A stretch of 64,000 nucleotides of DNA from Raillietiella orientalis. Lineage: Eukaryota. The stretch lies in assembly GCA_036172245.1 (NCBI GenBank), contig JAYWIR010000004.1, positions 4,464,001 through 4,528,000 on the forward strand, in the 5' to 3' direction. Shown here piece by piece: positions 1 through 12,200 of this stretch (position 1 is the first letter of the stretch; each line of letters starts with the position of its first letter). The notes beneath the pieces were generated by a model. The model ran no database searches. It was not told the origin of the DNA and saw nothing but the letters and a program-made list of their open reading frames with translations. Made by a program: the position numbers and the translations under genes.

Positions 1-70
1 TTTGCATCAAAAAACTTACGGCTTCTTGCTGCTGAATGAACAGATGCTGTATCGTGCAGAAGAGGAAAGT
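1..70 (-). pseudogene. Mariner transposase pseudogene, 3' part (continues past window start)
   Basis: Minus strand reads ..LL-HDTASVHSAARSRKFF, matching the mariner W(F)LLHDNAPAH second-Asp motif. It joins the part at 1489+ once the insert 71-1488 is removed. Confidence 0.75.
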
Positions 71-1488
71 TTCTTACCCGGTCACGCCGGGACGTTTATT
101 TCCATAAACCAGCTGGAAACAGTTGTTTCCAACCGACAGTTACAAAAAAACAACGGAAATACACCACTGGCACGCAGGCTAGGAAAATGGTAGGTCCGGA
201 ACGGGGGGGAGGGGACTATAAACAAAAAAAGAACAGTCTAAATGGGAGGAAAAGGCCAGGGATCTTTGGTGACGCCCCGTAGTCACCGGGAAAGAAAAAG
301 AATCAAGGTACCAAAGACACTACAGAGCGAATGGGAGGTGGGGCGCGAAAACAAAAATAAAATCAAGAAGGAATGGACGTGGATCACCGGGATCGTCGTT
401 CGCAAACCGTAGGTAATCCGGCTGTAGATGCCGGTGAGCTCCTCCGTTGAGATTTCGGTTAACTGATGCCACCTAGTAGCCGCACTGATAAAGTCGGCCG
501 CCTTCCTGGTGACAGCATCGCTGCCCAGTGTTCTCCAGCACGTCTCGGACCGTGACGATGGCGCGGATGCAACCAACAGTCGAGATGATCTCTGCCGTCG
601 AAAGTCCTTGTGGTTGGAAGAACCGTCGCAGCACTTCATAATCGGTGCCCTCCGGTTGCAGGAGTGCTTCTGATAGCCTCCGCCAGAGTTCCTGGAGGGC
701 ACCGCAGTCCAAAACGACTGCGTCGCCCCGCACCGGACACAGTAGGGGGAAGCTACCCCACCGGAAACTCGGTGCCGCTGCTCATTGTAGCGCAAACCCC
801 AGTGCAAGGAGAGCAAAACGTGTTGCTTCCAGGCTAAGGGAAACACCGAAACGTCCAAACAGCACGGAGGGACTGTCAGTTCCTCGGGAACAGCACCAAG
901 AGCTTCTCCCCACCGAAGAAGTCCCTTTGCCGTAAACCGAAGAGTGGCAGCATCCGCCAGCTCGCTCGTATCCCATTCGCCGCGGAGTTTTCTTCTTCCT
1001 GAGATGGAGAACTCCCACCTAACCGGTTGGCTACTGTCTTCTCTAGCTCCGAGGGCAGACAGCGCTTCGGCAAGGGGCGTGGAGGCCAGGGTGGAGAGCT
1101 TCACCTCGTCCTGCATCACCTCTTGAAGTGACCGAGGTAGGAATTGACGCAGGGGGAGAAGATCTTAGGGACTCATTCCCTGAAATGCAGCCCAAGACTC
1201 AACAGATTCCTGCCGCCAAGCATTATAGTTTATTGAGCGTCAGGAAATCCACGATTGGGCTTCCAGCAGTGAGGCGAGTTGCCTCAAAGGATAGCCGAAC
1301 CCCTGCTTTCTGTGGCACCTGCCAGGCACCAACGAAAGAAGTCCTTCACTGCCGGCACACCTCCGTAGGAGGATGCGCGCAGGCGCACAGAGCGGGGTAG
1401 TCCAAAGTTTGGAACACATCGGGAACTGCACTTGCAGTCCGATCCGCTCCATCCTCAGGATGTCCAGGCCGGCATCCCGATGTGGAGT
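71..1488 (-). mobile_element. 5'-truncated L1/Tx1-like retrotransposon, copy A (ORF2 C-terminus, zf-RVT, 3'UTR)
   Basis: ORFs 1240..1452 and 283..1119 align by eye with the C-terminus of ORF 34257..36989 (LWTTPLCAPARILLRRC, ELADAAT, GLLRW, HWGL, CVRCG). Exact 14-bp TSD cagaagaggaaagt at 57-70 and 1489-1502. Confidence 0.9.
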
Positions 1489-2040
1489 CAGAAGAGGAAA
1501 GTCGCAAGTGTGGAAAAGAGCGGGACGAACGCTTCGAATGCGTGAAATTAATTGGTACGGAACGCTTCCATACTATCCTGCGTTAACTACACAGCACTCT
1601 CTCTTCATGCATGCCTCCCTGGCTATCGGGAAAAACGATCCCCATTGTCTCGACTCTCGAATTCTGGAATCGCAGTTTTGTTTTGGTCGTGGAGAATCTT
1701 CATTGGGGTGTTCCGAACTTTGGCGCTTCGTTTTTCCGGATCGCATGCGAAACACCAACTCTCACCACTGCTGAGAGTCTTGTCAAGAAAGTTTTTGTCT
1801 CTTTTGATCCCGTCCAGCAACGGTGTTCTCCCTTCACGTCCATGTCGAACTTTTGACAGAGGTCCAAAACACACAAGTTGCTTGGAATGCCTTTCCCTAA
1901 ACACACAGTCACGCTGCCTTGTATGCTATTTACGGAAGGTGCATGGCATGACCAATGCGTCCGTAAAAAAATCAGTCCTCAAACTTATGGACCTCACTGT
2001 CTGTGTTTCTTCCAGCTGTTCTGTTCCATTCGAAAGATCC
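1489..2040 (-). pseudogene. Mariner (Tc1/mariner) transposase pseudogene, central part
   Basis: Frameshifted motifs DKNFLDKTLSSGESWCFACDPE (GDESW), TKRQSSE..SPRPK, VVNAG and RIRSVRP. Upstream boundary is approximate. Confidence 0.8.
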
Positions 2041-2749
2041 TTCTAACAAGTTTACTTCTGAAATACGCTTTAATTCACCCCACCATCGAGGAAGACTTTG
2101 CCTTGATAGGTGCTCGTCAATCCTACCACCTTTTTATCACAGCGGAACATACACATCAGAACAGACACGTCACGCTAGTAGCCGGTAAACGAAGCGACCA
2201 CTGACTGAAGAGAAAAGGAAGAGATTCACCTAAGAATACACCTCCTTTCTCGTGGCTTGAGTTGCTGAGCAACAGTCCCCCACTCGAGTTTGCACCCTCA
2301 TTTCCCGTGGTAGGTTCCGGGCGTGGATTAGAGGTTCCGAGAAACAGAGAAACTCGTGTCCTGCCCCGAGTAGAAATACCAGAATTGACCCGAAAATAGA
2401 CGATCGGTAACTGGAACAAGCAGGCGAATTAATGAACGCTGAGCACAACACTAAAGTACGAGAAATACAGCACAGATCTCTGGAGTACAAAGCCTGCATA
2501 TAGAAAAATAGGCGGAGGATGGAACACAGATGGTCCCTTAAAAGAGGAGGTTGCTGAACAAATGACACCTATTTTTCTTCCCTGCAGGATAACCTTCAAG
2601 GAGTCAAGCCCTCGACTATGAAGGGATAAAAAACTTGAGGAATGGAAGGAAGGATCACTCCATCGCTGTAGGGACTCTAGAGAATTTTTCCTTGGGAGTT
2701 GTTCCGGGACCATCATTCCAGAATGTGAGGTACGCATGCATTCCATGCG

Positions 2750-4470
2750 TAGTTACACATACGGGTTATAAGGAGAGCTCTTTCGCTCTATGTTCCACAA
2801 CGCGAAGGACGAGACAAGAATGGGAGGAAGAGAGGAAGACTACAGAGTTCCCTCGACTGTGCAACGTACCCGAGAATCAGTGCTCTGGGATAAAAGCATG
2901 AGGATTGCAATGCCTCCCACATTTGCCCTATTTTTGAAGCTTCTCCCCGAGCGAGGCGACGTAATGCCGCTGCCTCTCAGACCAAGCATCACACGAGATA
3001 CGTCTTGGTGGAAGACGTGGCCAATGCTATGAACAGCCACTTCACCGGATTACTGGGGAAACCTGTCAAGCGGTCGTTCTGTAAGTGTCCCGCCGAGCCT
3101 CCACTTGCCCCTGGAGCGGGGTGGCACCAAGAGGGCGCGGTTGCTTGATTGCAAGAGAGTGCCCGATGTGCCTCGCCGAAGTGTGCAATGTGTACCAGAT
3201 GGAGGTGCTTCCGGCATGTGTATCGGGAGGGGAGGGAATCCGAGTTGAAAGGATGGAGGTGGAAGGGAGGACACATAGGGATTGCTCCTCCCAGAGTTTC
3301 ATTCCCGAAGAGCGATAATGTCCGAATGTTGATGCTTCCCTCTCCGCAGTGCACGAGCCAGCGGTCTGTCGCGGTCGCGCTTGCGGGAATCCGCATGTAG
3401 CGTTCAGGTTCCTTTCTCGGAGGAGGGCGCCAATAGAGAGCGGAAAAGGAGCAGTGTTCGTCCTCTTTGTTTTGCACCCTCCGTCCAGGAGCGACGCCAG
3501 GAGTTTTTCCGGTGTCTACTGGCTGAGGTATCTCAGGTGAACTGAGGGGCCCCGCGGGAGAAGTCAAGCAGCTACTGCCTGCGACCTGCCTCCAGAATGA
3601 AGTGAAATGCCCATTTCATAGGTGATTTCTGGAGGTCTCTGAGATGCTTTTCCGAGGGAGTTTCCAGCATTCCTGATTGCAGGGAACGATCAATGGAAGC
3701 TTCTCCACGATGTCTCACACGATCTGGGCTTCAGTCGTGTCAACGCCTCGACACGAGAGGACCCAAACCCTCTGCAGGGAAGGGGTAGCAAGGTCTCTCG
3801 ATTTAGAGGTGCCCTAGGGAGTTTTTCGCATTAGTTCGTCGACCTGCTTACGTACTTCTCTAGCGAAGAAGGGGCGCGGTCCTGCAGAGCTCTCTGCTGA
3901 TACCATGATGCCGGAATTCTCCGACACCTCCGCTTTGGCGGACAAGTCCGAAGACAGCTGCGGGCGGGTCGTCTCTTGAGTGCGCTGCTGCAGTGAGCGT
4001 GGGTGTGGAGGAGATCGTTTGGAGGTGGAACAATAGTGCTCTGGTGCGTTCAGAGTTGACACGAAGTGTGAAAATCTGTCTGCCTTCCTGCTGTGCTCTT
4101 CGCCTCACGAATTGCGGGTCTGCTGCTTCCAAAAAACCGGAGTCAGTGGTACCATCTGAATAGGGGGCAGTGTTGATTCAAAGGTTAGGAGGGCGTAGCC
4201 TGAAGCTACCCACGAGATCTTCAGAAGATGCTCCCAATTAGCGCAGTCGCAAGTGTAAAGGCAGTAAGTTTTTTTTTTCTTTTTGCTTTTAGGATTTGTT
4301 TTTTTTTGGGGGGGGGTTCGCCAAGTGCTGAAGAACCGTTCGCCTGCTTGGGGAAGGAGGAGGAGGAAGATGGACTCACAAGGCTCTTTATAAGCATTGC
4401 CCACTCCACTCAAGGGCGCGTGTAGCTTTAGTTGGTCCATCAACCATAAATACATGGTTTGTATCACAGC
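2750..4470 (-). mobile_element. Heavily decayed L1/Tx1-like ORF2 remnant (RT C-terminal half to zinc-binding end)
   Basis: Residual motifs across frames: VEWAMLIKSL (cf. DRVEW), WVASGYALLTFESTLPPI (cf. ASGLxVNxSKS), SRDLATP (cf. KDLAAP in copy 34-37 kb), HRALSCNQA. Confidence 0.45.
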
Positions 4471-4474
4471 TTCA

Positions 4475-5870
4475 GTTAGTGGGCAACCCCCGTAGGGACT
4501 GTCCCATGGATCCAGGAAGGCTCTGGAGGAAGGATTTTGCCTCTTTTAACGCTTGTCAGGGAATCCTTAGAAAATTTCTTCCTTATTCTCTCTAAAGGGA
4601 CCCCCGGAGGGGGAGGCCACTCCTCATTTCTTCGGAGAAGCAATGATGAGTGGAACCTAGAAAAGACCCGCTGAATTTCTCCTCCGGAGGGAACTCTCAA
4701 GGGAACTTCTCCATATTTACTCCCCTGAAGAGAACCCAGAAATTCCCAGTTTCTCTGAAGGGAGCTCCCCGAAGCGAGCAGCGCACTTCTGACTCTCTGA
4801 AGAGACAACCCCCGCGAGGAAAGAGGGGTGGGGACAACGGCTTCATTTTAACAACCGATGGAGGAACTCCGCAGGGAGCCGGGTCCTTGATTCCGGGAAG
4901 GACCTCTGAAGGACAACTTCTGATCTCTCCAGTCAACGTGGACATCCGGTTTCCGGATTTCACCAGTGCAGTCGGCATTGATACTGCTGCACTGGGGTCT
5001 CCCGTGCAACGCCCGCCAGCACCTGTGGACATGGGAGGGAGGGGTGAACCCAAACTGTGCAAGGTGAAGGAGCGGGAGTCCTTCTCGCACATCCTAGTGG
5101 ACTGTGTTGCTTTCCGTACCCTTTGGGGACTCTTTGCCGCGACACATGGAACCCCCGGCGCCAACGCCAGAGACGTTGTAAAGCTCCTCTTACCTGTGCA
5201 ATGCCCTCACGCCGGCCGCATCCCTTGCAGCGCTGTGCTGCCCACGGGGAGGGATCGTGGCTACATGGGGCTGCAGTGCCAGAGGAGGCCAGAAAGACAG
5301 GGGCACCATCTATTTTGCTGTCCACTTCATGAGGACAGCGTCAAGATGGTCCCATCTGGGAATCTTGAAACAGGAACTTGCCGGCATCATTACAGGGATG
5401 CAGAGGACGCCCTCCAGCACACAGTGATCCCTTACTGATCCCCCCTCCCCATTTTTTCGACTGTATGTTTTTTGTTTTATTTTTTTTCTCTTTGTTTGTC
5501 TCCCCTTCCCCTGTTTTCGTATGCATAAGTAAGGTGGCAGGATCAATCCTCCTGTCACAGACGTGTATGCTTATTCTATAAATGAACTCCCCGGAGTGAC
5601 CGGGTGTCAGCCAGTGCCGTACCCGAAGCTTACAGGCCATCCTACGAGAGGGACTCGAAACCCATGACGCACCCATTTCTCGACATCAATCTTTCCCAGG
5701 GAGGCATTTGAACTGCAACGTTTGGTACGACCCGCGGAGGCCGCAGCCGTGCGGTCGCCAGGGAGGCAGTAAGTTGGGAGGGATCAATTCCGAGTTCCAC
5801 ATTGTAATAAAAACAGCTCTTGCGTGGGTTCAGAGGGATTCGAGCGGTCGTAAGGCAGGAGTGGCTTGTT
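4475..5870 (+). mobile_element. LTR-like repeat family X, copy 1 (diverged), split by an L1/Tx1 fragment
   Basis: 4480-4810 and 5640-5760 resemble the reverse complement of 23437-24221 and 55480-56232 (shared ttccctccgga.gagaaattc and gggtttcgagt). Interrupted by 4970-5610. Confidence 0.6.
4970..5610 (+). mobile_element. 5'-truncated L1/Tx1-like copy B (zf-RVT + 3'UTR)
   Basis: SALILLHWGLPCNARQH and RESFSHILVDCVAFRTLW motifs, T-rich 3'UTR, terminal hairpin module at 5581-5610. Candidate TSD ccagtgc at 4963-4969 and 5611-5617. Confidence 0.8.
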
Positions 5871-5873
5871 TTT

Positions 5874-6280
5874 GGTGCCAATTACATGGCCGAAAGGACA
5901 CAATCCCTAAGGAACAAAATTCCGAATGTCTGATAAATCAGATAGGTCACAGTTCCGGAAGATTAAAATCCTGAAAACAGAATCAAGGGATAGATTGTGG
6001 GCAGCTGAAGGGAGGTGGTTACCCAAAGCTGGGCCAATTCTGAATTCCTTTTCGTTTTTCCTTATGTTCTTCTTTTTTATTTTCATTTTAATTTCCTTCA
6101 GTACTTTAAACCGTCAGCAATTGTTTTTTTTTTAATATAATTCATCGCTTCATTGTCGCATTGTTTCCAATGATCACTAAAGGAAACTCCCTCAACAAAT
6201 GACGAATTCTGTTTTCGAGATTGTAATCTTTCGGGATTTTAGCATTCGGGATTGTGTCCTTCGGGCTTATGAACTAAGCC
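5874..6280. mobile_element. MITE with terminal inverted repeats and subterminal TTCGGGATT-type repeats (Mutator-like)
   Basis: gccgaaaggacacaatccc (~5889-5907) is near the reverse complement of gggattgtgtccttcgggc (~6248-6266). Repeated ttcgggatt units at 6210-6265; non-coding interior. Confidence 0.65.
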
Positions 6281-9200
6281 CGGATGTTTTCCTTGGTGGA
6301 GGCAAAAGTAGAGTTCGAGACTTCGAAGACGGGGCTGACTGTTCTTCCGTTCAGTAGTCAGCCACTTCTATATTAAGGCACCTTTTCCTCCCTTTGTTTC
6401 TTCTCAATGTCTTCGAAGACCGGAAAACAAGCTTTCTGTAATGAGAATTTACAACGTTCCGGCGAAACAAATTTTGTGGAGCCCGAAAATCAATATCCGC
6501 GTGTTTTTATGGAAACGCTGCAACCAGTTCCCTCGGCTGCAACACTCGTGAAATGCTTTCGTATTCTGCGGAGGCTTTGTCTCCAGTTTCCGGGTTCTTT
6601 TCGTTTCCTGGAGAAAAGCACTGTATCTTTGTCCCTTGTGTGCCATTGAGAGATTCTGTTCAGACTTTCCACAAGAAGGAAAGTGGGAATTGGAGCCCAT
6701 GTGGTCGCGAAAAAGAGATGATTTTATGATTTTTCTCCACACCTTTGCTCATTGATCTTCCCTATGATCCGGAAACTGGATGTTTTCGAAGCACAGTTCA
6801 GGACACATCTAGAGCAGGCAGGGCATCGCAAGAACTTGACCTGCTTCTGGTAAAGAGCGCGTCAGCTGTAAATTTTGCGAGTCCTTTAACAAGCTGCTCA
6901 TGTGGTACGCAGAAGTGCTCATCTTTTTCGGATACAGTCACATGTAGCCTAAGCAAAAGCAGAAAACTCAACAGTTGTTCAGGCTGTTTGCTCCGCCGCA
7001 GAACGTAACTGAGATATTTATTCAAAAGTCCAGAATATTCCATGATTTTTCTCCTTCTTTTGAGAATAAGATCACTACGATTTTTCTCTTGCAATCTGAC
7101 TACAAGCCATGACGTGCCTGTAGCTCTTAAGTGTGTCGTGATAAGAAGCATTTAGTTACCCTCTTGGTTGTCTACAGAAGCTCCATGCTGAAGTTCAAGT
7201 CAAAGAGTAGTCTTTCCAAAATTTATCCATTGCATGAAATATCCGTCAGTTTATCGAGCCAATTTAAGGGAGCGTTCCTTGAATTTCCCCTCCCTGCCTC
7301 TTCCCTTCATTAGGATGGAAGGGAAGGGAGGGACAAACAGGGTTCCTTGCTGCAGAGACTGTTTTTGGAACCAGTAGCCATTTTTTGACCACAAGGTTTT
7401 TCTGGACCGCCAAGAGTCGGAGGAAACCAGTGAAGATGGTCCGCGAAGAGTACGGGCAAGCGTTGCTAACCTCGATGGTGAACCGAATAGTCTCAATGGA
7501 GTAGACCGAGGGAAGAAAATGGAAATGTTCGGGAGACGCGATTTGAAAGCGAATGAGAGCTAGATCTCAAGATTCGATGGCACAGAGACTCTCCAGGAAA
7601 CATCTCATGCTTGCGTGCATGTTTCATAACAGGCACTGATTTTCACCCATCGGATGGTGGAGGGACGGGCGGAAGGGGAGGGAAGATGTGAGCAGGCCGC
7701 ATGAAATCTGATTTCGTTCCATACATTCCTTCATGGAGGCTGCACTTGCAAGCGTATTAGAAACCATACAATAAACTGCAGAAGAAAGCGAATCATTCCA
7801 GGAAAACATCAAGTGGCTTCCTGCTTCTAAGGCTATTTTATCCCTGCCTACTGAGGAAGCCAGAGGGAGCTGAACGGCCATAGTCCGTCGACGCTCCAAT
7901 CTTCAATGAACACATTTTAAAACAAGATTCTGTGTTTTTGCTTTCACTGAGAATTTCATTCGGTTTTAATACTGAGTCTCGAAGTCCCCACGTTTTGTTC
8001 CCGAGTGATGGAGCTGAGTGGCATTCTCGGCTGAGAACACTGAAATCCGATTTTCGATGGAATAGCTGCTATGCCTTGTATTCCGACTTTGCCTCGGATG
8101 TGCCTCGTATTCCCGTTTTGCTCACAAAAGCTGCTATAAGCGCCAAGAGGACGCTTCTTGGTGAATATAGGATCCGAAACATCCACGGTGATCCCGTATG
8201 GCAACCTTGAGCTACTTCATGACGGAATAGGGCGCGAAGATAAACTGCAACTCGTCTTTTCACTGAAATGGTTGAAGATGTTCGCCTTCGTCCGTTAGGC
8301 GATGTTTGGGATCAGAATTTTCTGCAATGAATAAGCGCGAAGTCAAGCAAAAGTAGTCCAGTAGTAATCATGGGAGAAATACAATGAATTTTGGTACAGA
8401 AAACCTGCAAATATTTCCTGTTGGAATTGTGAAGGATGGAAACGAAATGATGCGAGATCATTGCTATGGAATCTTAATTGTCAGACATGCGAGACTTAAC
8501 GGTTAAGCAGTTAGAGCATCGTGTTTCGGATGATACTTTGCTCTCTGGATTGCATGTGAAACGTGAGCACAAAGCTCAAGGTTCAAGAACTTCGGAGGAA
8601 CGATTCCCCCCAGCCGATGGCCTTAGGGCCTTAGGAACTTTTAATATGAAACTCAATAAATAAGAATCGATAAATAACATTGATAAATCGATAAATGAAC
8701 TTGGTAAATAAGAACATATAGATCCGAGTTAAATGAAGAAGAATAAGTTGATTTGCTAAAAGACAATTAGTGGTCCACTGAGCTAGAGTAGTGTAAAGTG
8801 AAGGAAAAAATGTTGTCCGATATCTGTTCTTTTCAAGACCTCACTTGTAAAATGTGTCGGTCCATCAGCAGATTTCGGCAGATTCCTACAAGATAAAATG
8901 CATTTTGTTTCAGCTGGCCAGGTACTTTTTGAGAACTTAATATCTTGCGCTTTCCCCAAGGGGAACATCAGCATCAGGCATCTCCTAATGTCCGAACTCT
9001 TTCTACTTCATCCAAAAGAAAGGTCGAAAGACGGTTTTCGTTGCTTCATAAACTTTTCGTGAATATATTTCCAGAGGGTCATGCATGTACTAGCCCAGAA
9101 AGTCAGTTGGTTGGTTTCGAGGAATAGGACTGTGGTGCCGCTGCTTCTTTCAGCTGCTGACAAGTCCCCAAGCTGGCCGGTGGTCTTTTCTTTTCTATGA

Positions 9201-12200
9201 ACGCCTTGTCATCCAGAGTTAGCATCTTTGGCATGAGAAAGATAAAAAATCAAGGAAAAACACTCTTGAAACTCACTCTTGAAATTTGTATTTTCTGAAT
9301 CGAGCGCCAGGAGTATGTATTTTTCTGTCTGCAAACTATGCTGCCCACCAATCTATTCTGCGCATTAGGTACTCGTCCACTCTACTTCTCCTAAGCTCTG
9401 CAGGAACCTTTCACTCTACATGAACTTGTAAATCAGCAGCCACAGTTTCCGTACATTGCAAATTGAATGAACACTTGTAAAAAAACGGAAACACATGGAA
9501 TAGCAATAGTAAGTTCTTACAGCAGAAATGCACCTCGAAGCGCATGAAGCCAGAAAAAAAAAAAAGAAAAGCAGAAGAGATTCGCTACTATGCTTACAAA
9601 ATAAATGCTTTAACTGAAGACTTGCTTGTTAGTGGATGACCATGGGCGTGATCATGTGAAACGCGCCATGCTGGCACCGGATGGAAAATCAAAGCGTAAC
9701 AACGAACCAGCACATTCAGCGGCACCAGAACCATGGAACACTTTTGATCTCCCCACAATATGAAAGTATCGCCATCAGGAAGGGCAACTTGTGAATTCCC
9801 ACCTATATGTTGATTCTCTCCAAATAAATTTATGTAACTTAATGTAAGCGTTGCCCACATCTCCTCGCTGTTTGCTACATTAGGTGGGCTACTCGCATTC
9901 CGTTATGCCACAGCATTTGATACTTACAGTTTGAGGTTTATCAGGATCCAATGTATCACGCATAGGACTAAATTCAGCAGCATTTCGACAGTATGCATTA
10001 ACGAAATCAGGAGAATTACTATTGGAAAGTAAATCGGTCGTAAAGTTGAAGTCTTGGGAAGCTGGAAGATTCGAGATTCCCTCAGGCTGAAATTCAAAGT
10101 TTAAAGGTTCCAGTTCCGTGATAGAGTCCAAGAGTTACCTTGGATCCTTCAAATCCTCGAAAGAAGGAGATGCCTCCAGGCATAATTTTCCTTCTAGAAC
10201 GCTTGATTGAAAAATTAGTCACAAGCAATCGAATCAGTTAAATGCCAATAATTGAAAATTAAGATATCATTGATAAAAGGAAAGTGTCATGACTTTCGCT
10301 TTAGTCAATTTTATAAATTTCTTTTGCAAATGAGAAACATTTTTCAGAGATGATGAGGATTGATGGTCAATGTTTTTATTTCTCCTTTTATACATAGCAA
10401 TCAGATCAACGTGGATGTAAGTTTAGAATGCACACCTTTTTTTTTTTTTTATAATCTCTTTCAATAAGTTCACATATATTCTAATGATACCTTACCGCAA
10501 CTGATGCACCCAAATAGTATGAAGAGACAAAATGTGATCATGATGTAACAAAACCTTTTTAGTGCTCAGTGTCAAGAGCAAACTTTTATCATGTTTATCA
10601 TATTTTACTTCAAGAAAGCAATCCCTGCAGTCTGCAGCACACCAGGTGTTTTACAACTGGGGAGGTACGTCTTTTAGGATCATGAAGAAAGAATAAGATG
10701 CAAATCCATCTGCAGGCCATTAGACGCAGAAGAAACTTTTGTGAATGTTTTTTTTTTTTTTTTTCGAGTTCCATGCTGGTGGTAAAAGAACACACACACA
10801 AAAATACACTTCCCTGTTTGTCGTTTCCGTAAATCAGCTTAGAAGATTATCTTTCGCGGAGTGGATTTTGTGATTAATTTTTCTCAGCAGTATTGCACGG
10901 AGTCTTGGTTTTCGATTTAGAGTTCACATCCAAACCATGGTGTCTCCCGCCGCTAACATGAGATGAAAGCGAAATTCTCTTTAGAAATTTCAGAAGCCTC
11001 GAAAATGAAAGATCAAATTAATGGAGGCAATGAGAGTGGAAAATACTTTTTAAATAGATTTCCATGCAGGCGCATTTTTTAAAAAATCACCGTCGCTCTC
11101 ACTATCTTCCTTTTCTATTGTGAATTGCTTCAGTAAAAAAGCAAGCAGTACCTGCTTAAATTCTTAATTAACCACTTTCAATGCCATTACATAAATATTC
11201 GATAAAGACCCCGCTTTCGATGTGCAGAAAACCTGAAATCGGCACTCTAAATTCATTAAGCAAATGGAAATCCCTACGAACGAGAAGTGTTTTTAATAAA
11301 AGATTAAGGCCTCATGAGCAAGAAGGAATAAGAATAAGGAGCGTTCCTTAACGAGTTGACTGTCTCCTGAAATGCTCCCTGATATTATGCGGTAGGAAAA
11401 GATAAAATTGCATCCTTTGAGATATTTTCATGCGAGACGTACATCAACAGGGAAAACACGACGAAAGGAAGCATAGATGACGCAAAAGATAACTGACAAA
11501 CTGACGGAGTAATAACTACTCTCGTGGAAGGAGAAAATGATTTCCAAGTTATTGCTAATTAACAGGGGGAAAACACCCACAGCAAGCCCCCGTATAGCGC
11601 GGGAGACAAGTCCCTCGTTGCAAGAAACCGCGCCATACGAGCTCTATGGGTCATACTTGGATAATCCGATAATGCCTACAAAAGATAAAAAGTGCATCTT
11701 AAAAGTTATATCAGTAAAATGTTTAGTATTTCACTTTAAAGCGAGAAGAAGAAAATTCAAAGTTTGAATTTATTATTAAAGCTTTTTTGTTCATCACTAT
11801 TGGAGTTATCCAAAAATGAGTACCAATGGTTTTTTAATACTGGCTGTGTGACTTCATCGCTTGAGGGCTCTGTAGCATTTTTAAAACTTCTTTGCAAGAG
11901 GGTATTACCGTTTTATAATCCTCGTTGATGAAATCTTGCGCTTTTTTTATTTGCGAAAATTCAGCTATCAGAGATTTCTTGCTATTCCTTTCCAACTCTT
12001 TTTGAATTTTAAATCGTAGAGCCATACAGTATTGAGATTTTTTTCATAGATTCAACAGAGAGCTCTATCGAAGGGTCGTCATTCGTAAAATGCTTCTAAA
12101 TTTTTGGCCAGTTCTAATTTCTTCATTTAGAATCTGTAAGAGTTTTCTCCATCGTTGTACAGAATGCTGGACTCACAGTTCTCCGCTAGCTGTGGGGCTA

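Noticed and set aside
4650..5438. Long ORFs in GC-rich repeats as host genes (also 22504..23262, 55779..56531, 36755..37417)
   Set aside because: They are read-throughs across TE/NUMT junctions or alternative frames of GC-rich or skewed sequence.
5881..5900. ATTACA followed by TGG as an LTR end plus primer-binding site
   Set aside because: The sequence lies within the left terminal inverted repeat of the MITE (mirrors ~6248-6280), so it is probably coincidental.
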